Made by a program: the position numbers and the translations under genes
NCBI GenBank assembly: GCA_965228855.1
Contig: CBDDIJ010000002.1
Coordinates: forward strand, 1,184,001 to 1,248,000
Length of the DNA stretch: 64,000 bases
Origin: Candidatus Obscuribacterales bacterium
Lineage (GTDB): Bacteria > Cyanobacteriota > Vampirovibrionia > Obscuribacterales > Obscuribacteraceae
Reading direction: 5' to 3'
In this document: positions 58,241 to 64,000 of the stretch, piece by piece
How positions within the stretch are numbered: position 1 is the stretch's first letter
Layout of the letters: every line of letters starts with the position of its first letter
The notes under the pieces: generated by a model
The model's database searches: none
Told to the model about the DNA's origin: nothing
Seen by the model: the letters and a program-made list of their open reading frames with translations, nothing else

Positions 58241-58915
58241 ATGTTAGGTTCAGTTCGTAACGCATTTATAGGTACGGTAGCTTTCGGCGTCATGGTCGGT
58301 TCGCCGACTGTAGTTCAAGCGGCTGATTACACGCTTGACCCTTATCATTCAAAAGCTGAATTCTCAGTTCGCCACATGATGATTTCCAACGTGAGCGGTG
58401 AATTCGCCAAAGTCACGGGAACCGCTCAGTACGACGGAAAGGATGTGAAGTCTATCAAAGTCGATGCGACTATCGACGCGAACTCGATAGACACCGGTAA
58501 TGAAGACCGCGATAAGCACTTGCGCAACAAGGATTTTTTCGATACCGAAAAGTATCCGACCATCAAGTTCGTTTCGAAGTCTGCTAAGCCAGCGGGCAAA
58601 GGTCAATTTAAACTGACAGGCGATCTCACCATGCATGGTGTCACGAAGCCGGTTACGCTTGATGTGGAAGGACCGACTCCTGAGATAAACGATAAGCATG
58701 GCAACATGAAGCTTGGCGCGGAAGCCAAGACTGTTATCAACCGCAAGGATTTTGGAATCAGCTATGGTGGCTTGATGGATAATGGCGGCGCTGCTGTTTC
58801 AGACGAAGTCAAGATCACGCTGAACATCGAACTCTCCCGTCCGGCGGAAAAGAAAGCAGAGGGCAGCGATAAGAAAACGGAAGGCGCAGATAAGAAAGCT
58901 CAAGCTACTAAGTAG
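58241..58915 (+). CDS. YceI family lipid/polyisoprenoid-binding protein
   Basis: Signal peptide; DPYHSKAEFSVRHMMISNVSGEF, TGNEDRDKHL, GDLTMHGVTKPV, INRKDFGI; AAGGAGG RBS fixes the start at 58241. Confidence 0.95.
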   Translation: MLGSVRNAFIGTVAFGVMVGSPTVVQAADYTLDPYHSKAEFSVRHMMISNVSGEFAKVTGTAQYDGKDVKSIKVDATIDANSIDTGNEDRDKHLRNKDFFDTEKYPTIKFVSKSAKPAGKGQFKLTGDLTMHGVTKPVTLDVEGPTPEINDKHGNMKLGAEAKTVINRKDFGISYGGLMDNGGAAVSDEVKITLNIELSRPAEKKAEGSDKKTEGADKKAQATK

Positions 58916-58941
58916 ATGATCGATCTAAACAGCGAAAGTTG

Positions 58942-58973
58942 AAGAAAGCGCGCTCGCATGGGCGCGCTTTCTT
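58942..58973. terminator. Bidirectional Rho-independent terminator
   Basis: AAGAAAGCGCGC...GCGCGCTTTCTT 12-bp stem between the convergent YceI and kinase genes. Confidence 0.85.
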
Positions 58974-58990
58974 GTAGGAACGTTCTCGAC

Positions 58991-61195
58991 TTACGCGGGT
59001 AACGTGATTGCAAAACCGTCTCTGCCGTCTCTTGATTCAATCCGGAGAGTCCCACGATGACCTTCAACTGTTGCTCTTGCCAGTGCAAGACTCAACCCAC
59101 TGACCGTCCATGTGTCGTGCTGAGCAAGGTCGACGATTGCGTATCTCTTCAAGCATGTCTCTCTTGTCTGCTCGGGGATGATGCATCCGGGTGTGGTAAT
59201 GAAAAGGGAAACACGTCCGGGAGTGCGTTCCACATTGACCAAAACATCACTCGAATGATCGCTGAAGCGGAGTATTGCCAGCGCGAAGCTGACTATGGCA
59301 AGAACCAGTCTCTCGACATCGGCTCGAAATGGCATATGCGCACCCGGTGTATCGCAAGTGATGGTGCGGTTTTTATCGGGGCACATCTCGTTCAAACTAT
59401 CATTCGCTAGTGAGACCAGTTTCAACGCGGTCGTTTCTTGCGTTTCGAATGCGAATGCGCCCGACTCAATTTTTTCCAGGTCAAGGAAGTCGTTGATAAG
59501 GCAAACGAGCTTGCCTACTTTGTTTTCAGCTTGGACAAGCGTTTCGAATTCAACCTGCTCCTCGGCAGTTTTAGACTTTTCTTTCCGGTCCTCCATCTGC
59601 GCTGCCATCATGCCGAGAGTGCCATGAAGTGATGTTAGTGGAGAACGCAAATCGTGGCTGATCATGGAGATGAAGTCACGTTTTACGTTTTCAATCTCGC
59701 GCCTCGTCGTGATGTCTTGGAGAACGGCAAGAAAATATTCTTTGTCATGATTGGAGTATCGGTTTGCCATAAAAGACACCGCCAGCGGTGACTTGTCTTT
59801 TCGATATGACTGCAGCTCAAGTGGATGTGTTGCCGCCGCTTTGACGATGGCAGCGTCATCTGCGCCTCCTGTGGAGCTGCCGGTAAACAGGATGCTAAAC
59901 TCTCGACCGAGCAATTCATTGGCATGATACTGAAACATTTTTGTTGTAGTCGGATTTGCGGAGGTGATCTGAAATGCGTTGTTTAGCGATAGCACTGAAA
60001 GCGGCAAGCTATCAATTATTTTTCTGAATCTCTCTTCGCTTTCGCGCATCAACCGCCGAACCCGATTTCTTTCAGTAATGTCGTGCGCGATCAAGACTGC
60101 CGAGCTGTGATCTTCTCCCGGCTGGGCTGACCATAACAAGTCCAGATGCTCGCCATCTTTTTTGCGAATTGTGTTTTCAAAGGAAACCGATTGCCCCTGA
60201 TAGAAAAGCAGGTCGATTGCTTCCAGCGTTCGCTCAGTACTTTCCGTTTGAGTGAGTGAGCTAAGACGTCTTCCAATCAGGTCATCAGGACTGTATCCCC
60301 AGAGTCCACTGCTTGTCTGATTCACCTCTATAAAGACACCTTTGTCGTTCAAAGAACAGATGAACTCGGCTGCGTTTTCCAGAATCGTTCGTTCCTTACT
60401 TTTATAGTCGTCCAGAATGTGTCCGAGATCGCGAATGGCGTTGTCGAGCTGGGCAATTTCGTCATCGCCGGTGATTGGCGCAGCAAGCGGTTTTCCCATT
60501 GCAAGATTGACGGTATTGTCGGCGACGATTTTGAGACGCTTAGTCACTTGCACGAATACGTATCGGAAAAGCAAGAGTGCAATTCCTAGATTGATCGATA
60601 CGCCAATCGCCAGGGTGAACACAATCATTCCAACTGATTGGGTCTTGAGTTCATCACTGGCGGCCTGTTCAGTCCGTGAGAATTTGACTAGAAGTTTTTC
60701 AAGTCGTTCTGTAGTTGAATTCGACGCTTCTTGAAGTTTATACAGCAGGAAATAATGTTCACGAGACTCGGTGAGTTTGTTCCTCAGCTTTTGCATGAGG
60801 TCAACTCCCTCTTGATAGTTGTCGAGGAGATCTTCAAAGTCTTTTTTAACTTCGGGGTAGTCTCGAAAGTCACGTTTCAACTGCGTGAATTCCCTCGGAT
60901 AGCCGGCCGCGATATCCGTAAAACCCTGTGTGTATTTCTGCGGACTTCGTTGATGCGAGTGGGTCGTCACATTTTCCAGAACTTCAAGTGTCATGCTCTG
61001 GGTAAGATTCGACAATCGACTGAGTCTTCCGACGATGTTTTTAGCGCGCTTGACCTTTTCCATCTGCGAGAATGTGTCGTTGATCATCAAGCCGAGATAG
61101 CCTGCGAAAGCCGTTTGCAGCAGTGCGATTGTGCCGCAGAGAATCAGCATTCTTCTGCTGAGATTCGAAGTGGGTTTTCGCTCCGCGATGCTCAT
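58991..61195 (-). CDS. Membrane PAS sensor kinase-like protein with intact H-box and degenerate ATPase domain
   Basis: 2 TM, periplasmic helical sensor, HAMP, 2 PAS, SHDLRSPL; N, G1, F and G2 boxes read SFALAILRF, TPGCII, CLKRY, VSGLSL. Confidence 0.85.
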   Translation of the reverse strand: MSIAERKPTSNLSRRMLILCGTIALLQTAFAGYLGLMINDTFSQMEKVKRAKNIVGRLSRLSNLTQSMTLEVLENVTTHSHQRSPQKYTQGFTDIAAGYPREFTQLKRDFRDYPEVKKDFEDLLDNYQEGVDLMQKLRNKLTESREHYFLLYKLQEASNSTTERLEKLLVKFSRTEQAASDELKTQSVGMIVFTLAIGVSINLGIALLLFRYVFVQVTKRLKIVADNTVNLAMGKPLAAPITGDDEIAQLDNAIRDLGHILDDYKSKERTILENAAEFICSLNDKGVFIEVNQTSSGLWGYSPDDLIGRRLSSLTQTESTERTLEAIDLLFYQGQSVSFENTIRKKDGEHLDLLWSAQPGEDHSSAVLIAHDITERNRVRRLMRESEERFRKIIDSLPLSVLSLNNAFQITSANPTTTKMFQYHANELLGREFSILFTGSSTGGADDAAIVKAAATHPLELQSYRKDKSPLAVSFMANRYSNHDKEYFLAVLQDITTRREIENVKRDFISMISHDLRSPLTSLHGTLGMMAAQMEDRKEKSKTAEEQVEFETLVQAENKVGKLVCLINDFLDLEKIESGAFAFETQETTALKLVSLANDSLNEMCPDKNRTITCDTPGAHMPFRADVERLVLAIVSFALAILRFSDHSSDVLVNVERTPGRVSLFITTPGCIIPEQTRETCLKRYAIVDLAQHDTWTVSGLSLALARATVEGHRGTLRIESRDGRDGFAITLPA

Positions 61196-63378
61196 TTGGG
61201 ATTCTCATTCGACGGTTTATGCAGGGGAACTGTAAACCAGAAGCGGCTGCCGGAGCCCTCTTCGCTCTCCACTCCGATTGAGCCTCCATGCGCTTCAACA
61301 ATCGATTTGCAAATTGATAAACCTAAGCCGGTGCCTTTGCCACGCCGCCCATCGGCGGCTGACGTCTGAATGTATTGTTCAAAGATCGAGGCGCGCATAC
61401 TCTCCGGAATGCCTCTTCCTTTATCAATGATGCTGAATTCGACATGCTCCGCATACTCTTTGACCTTGAGCGAAACAGTTGAGTATCGGGGAGAAAATTT
61501 GATTGCGTTGCCGGTCAAGTTTACAATCACCTGCACGAGCCGTTCCTGGTCACCAAATATGGTGCTTGTCGATTCTTCGTGCTCCAGGGAGATTCCCTGT
61601 TGTTCGGCGTGGTCACTGATAGCTTCGACGGCGCCTCTCATCACGTCGTGAACTAGCACCGGTTTTAACGAACCTACCAGTCGACCTGCACCCAGCTTCT
61701 GGATGCTTAGTAGTTCATCGATCAGTCTCAACAAGCGTTCGATATTAGTGCAAACCCGAGCGAGTCTATCCAGCTTTTTCGATTCGAGGTTGTTTCTCTG
61801 CAGGAGAGCAGAGACTCTCATCCGAGTGTCGTTGAGCGGTTCGCGCAAGTTGCGACCGAGGATGTTGACGAAATCCGCTTTCATCGTTTCCAGCTTCACT
61901 CGTTCGCTTACATCGTCCAGAACAAGTAGGCGATCGCTGCTCTCCTGTTCTTCCAGGTTCGCGGAGGTTATTTCAACAGGTAGATTGTGACCGTCAGGTA
62001 GTTTCAACGAGCAGCGAGTTGTCAGTTTGGTCGGCTTTGATTCAAGAGCTTGTAGAAGATCTTCGCCAACACCGTCTTCGGCTTCCAGCACCGATAGCAC
62101 CGGTCTGAGGGTCAAGTCCTGACGATTTCGCCCAGTCATCCTTTCAGCTGTGGCATTGACCGATTGAATGAAACCATCTCGATTTATCGCGATCAATCCA
62201 ACCGGAATGTTTTCGGTAGCGTTGCGAACCTGCTCTTCCTGTGCGGCTAGCAGAGCCTCCATATTTTTCAGCTCAGTCATGTTGTGAACGAAGCAGAACA
62301 GCGACTCGGCCGTTGTCGACCAATAGACGGACCAGGTTGTATCTATGTGTTCCTCAGTGCCGGTTAAAACGAACGCTTCGAAATTTGATCGCTTACCGGA
62401 AGACATCAGTTGTTTAACTTCTGCAGATACTCTTTCTGCGTCTTCAGAGCGCAAGATTGAGCTGAAGTGTTTTCCGATCAGATAATCAGGTTCGTAATGC
62501 CATTGCGATCTGACAGAGGGGCTCAGCGATGTGAACATTCCATCCGAGTCGAGTTGGCAGATCACTTCCGAAGCATTTTCAACCAAAGCTGCTTCGTTAC
62601 GCCGTGCTGATTGAATTGCAGTTGTCATTTCGTGGAAAAGAGAGTCGATCATACCGATTTCATCGGTGTATGGAATGCGCTCATTCAGAGGTTCTTCTCT
62701 GGAAAATCGGTCGACATTGTCTGAGAGCGTCGCTACTCTCCCGGTGATTCTTTTGACTAAAACCATCGCGACGAAAACAGCACCAAAGAGATTTACGAGG
62801 GCAGCTGTGATGAGAACTACCTGTGCGTCGCTGAGTGCTTTCACTGTATCGGAGGGTTTTGATTGTTCGGTATTGCGGTATCGCTTGATCAATTCTTGAG
62901 ATAGTCGCGTGACGTTTGACGACAAACGGAACATAGTTTTATTGAACGTCTCAAACCCTTCCGGCGATTGACGGAATGTGGACTGCTGAGAATCGTAGTA
63001 ATTACAAGTTGCCGAAGCCGCGCGTTCTAACTCGTCAAGTTTGCGCTGTGATTCGGGATCGTTTTGCACCAGATCTTTAAGGCGAGTGATTTCGCGGTTT
63101 AGCTGACCCAGAAATCCGTGATAATCGGTTGAACTTTCGACGAATTGAAGTAATTCCGGTGGCGACGCGGAGCGAATCATAGCGATGCCTATCTTCTGCG
63201 AGATGTTGGCGAGATTATTGAGACCGACGGCTACTTCGCGGTCGTGTTGCTCCTGATCGAGTAGGTCTTTGGTTTTAAAAAGCAATCCTGCAAGCGTTCC
63301 AATGAACAAAAACTCGACGGCGAGTAACAGGCAAATGCCTATTAAACCTTGCTTCGTAATCGTGATTCTTCTGAGCAT
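61192..63378 (-). CDS. Membrane PAS sensor kinase-like protein with intact ATPase domain but no phosphoacceptor His
   Basis: Same architecture; NLTGNAIKFS, DKGRGIP, IFEQY, GTGLGL intact; H-box reads GRNLREPL; 4-nt ATGA overlap with the downstream kinase. Confidence 0.85.
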   Translation of the reverse strand: MLRRITITKQGLIGICLLLAVEFLFIGTLAGLLFKTKDLLDQEQHDREVAVGLNNLANISQKIGIAMIRSASPPELLQFVESSTDYHGFLGQLNREITRLKDLVQNDPESQRKLDELERAASATCNYYDSQQSTFRQSPEGFETFNKTMFRLSSNVTRLSQELIKRYRNTEQSKPSDTVKALSDAQVVLITAALVNLFGAVFVAMVLVKRITGRVATLSDNVDRFSREEPLNERIPYTDEIGMIDSLFHEMTTAIQSARRNEAALVENASEVICQLDSDGMFTSLSPSVRSQWHYEPDYLIGKHFSSILRSEDAERVSAEVKQLMSSGKRSNFEAFVLTGTEEHIDTTWSVYWSTTAESLFCFVHNMTELKNMEALLAAQEEQVRNATENIPVGLIAINRDGFIQSVNATAERMTGRNRQDLTLRPVLSVLEAEDGVGEDLLQALESKPTKLTTRCSLKLPDGHNLPVEITSANLEEQESSDRLLVLDDVSERVKLETMKADFVNILGRNLREPLNDTRMRVSALLQRNNLESKKLDRLARVCTNIERLLRLIDELLSIQKLGAGRLVGSLKPVLVHDVMRGAVEAISDHAEQQGISLEHEESTSTIFGDQERLVQVIVNLTGNAIKFSPRYSTVSLKVKEYAEHVEFSIIDKGRGIPESMRASIFEQYIQTSAADGRRGKGTGLGLSICKSIVEAHGGSIGVESEEGSGSRFWFTVPLHKPSNENPK

Positions 63379-63577
63379 CTAATCCGTTATATCGGTCTTT
63401 CTGCACGATGCGAAACTGTGGGAAAGCACAGAGAATTTGCCTGAGTAAACAATATCACAAGTATCGTCCGGAAATGCCCATCGGATGGCGTTTTCTGGAA
63501 CACGAATATTGTCGAAAAATCGTCCAAGCTCGATAGATACCCTTGGGTTCGTTTGCGGGTGAAGTTTCGCAGTTACT

Positions 63578-64000
63578 ATGGTGAAGAGCATGGGCATGAC
63601 AACAGGTTTAGACGTTCCGACTCCGATGGGCGGAGAAGATGGAGATAAGCAAAATCCCTGGGTGAATGAGGTTTTCTCTGCGCCGAAACCGGAACCGAAG
63701 CAAGCTGAACAGGCATCTACCCAAGCTGCAGGGGAAACTGCTGACGGCAAGAAAAACTTGTCGGGTCAACCCGAGGCACAGGAGCCTGTAGACGTTTCGA
63801 GAGCCGGTGCCGACGCGCCTGTTTCAAAGAATGAGAACGCGACAGCCGTCGAGGAACGGGCGGATAAAAGTGCGCAGTATGTCTCGCCGGATATGGGTCC
63901 TAAAGTTGATGGTCTGATTTCCGTCGAGCAGAATACTGTCAGAAAAGATGTTCTCGAAAAACTAAAAGGAGAAAAATCGAACGCAGCGAGAATCGAGCTT
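63578..64000 (+). CDS. 5' part of a hypothetical protein (runs off the window)
   Basis: Own translation MVKSMGMTTGLDVPTPMGGEDGDKQNPWVNEVFS... is open for 141 codons to the window end; absent from the ORF track because it has no stop here. Confidence 0.6.
   Translation, partial: MVKSMGMTTGLDVPTPMGGEDGDKQNPWVNEVFSAPKPEPKQAEQASTQAAGETADGKKNLSGQPEAQEPVDVSRAGADAPVSKNENATAVEERADKSAQYVSPDMGPKVDGLISVEQNTVRKDVLEKLKGEKSNAARIEL

Noticed and set aside
10944..61937. HIP1 (GCGATCGC) enrichment as a marker of oxygenic cyanobacteria
   Set aside because: Only a few scattered copies noticed; no evident enrichment (not formally counted).
63379..63750. 123-aa minus-strand ORF upstream of the kinase pair
   Set aside because: Largely antisense to the longer plus-strand frame from 63578 and has no recognisable features.
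1..64000. CRISPR array, tRNA/rRNA genes, transposases, integrases, prophage
   Set aside because: No regularly spaced repeats, cloverleaf or rRNA signatures, or mobile-element ORFs seen by eye. The HK97-fold gene has encapsulin motifs and a cargo gene, with no phage neighbours.

Overview
64 kb of bacterial chromosome. I found no rRNA, tRNA, CRISPR array, transposase or prophage. The gene repertoire (tandem MshEN-repeat protein, giant Gly/Thr/Asn-rich exoprotein, lineage-style secreted paralogs, tandem PAS kinases) suggests a non-photosynthetic cyanobacterial relative (Melainabacteria/Obscuribacterales-like); this is inference, not a database result. Recognisable genes: moeA, dienelactone hydrolase, an SDR/MmyB-type regulator pair, ycaQ-like glycosylase, trhO-like rhodanese, a complete kdpFABCDE operon with an extra upstream peptide, a KimA-like APC transporter, aldo/keto reductase, two TraB/GumN proteins, a WD40 protein, a NemR/AcuR-like TetR and YceI. 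Best candidates for new biology: (1) two translationally coupled sensor kinases (58991-63378) with complementary defects, one keeping the phosphoacceptor His but lacking the ATP-binding boxes and the other keeping the ATPase boxes but with Arg in place of His, predicting an obligate heterodimeric kinase; (2) a Family 1 encapsulin operon (13170-14615) whose cargo is a compact hemerythrin/HHE-like 54-aa duplication with a His/Gly-rich linker and a TVGPL targeting peptide; (3) a kinase-less PknG C-terminal-domain protein paired with a GlnX-like receptor, inside a K+-transport locus flanked by three paralogous secreted proteins of unknown function; (4) three TetR operator copies controlling an unannotated small ORF; (5) an intact/degenerate TraB pair. 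All family assignments come from reading motifs by eye; no searches were run.
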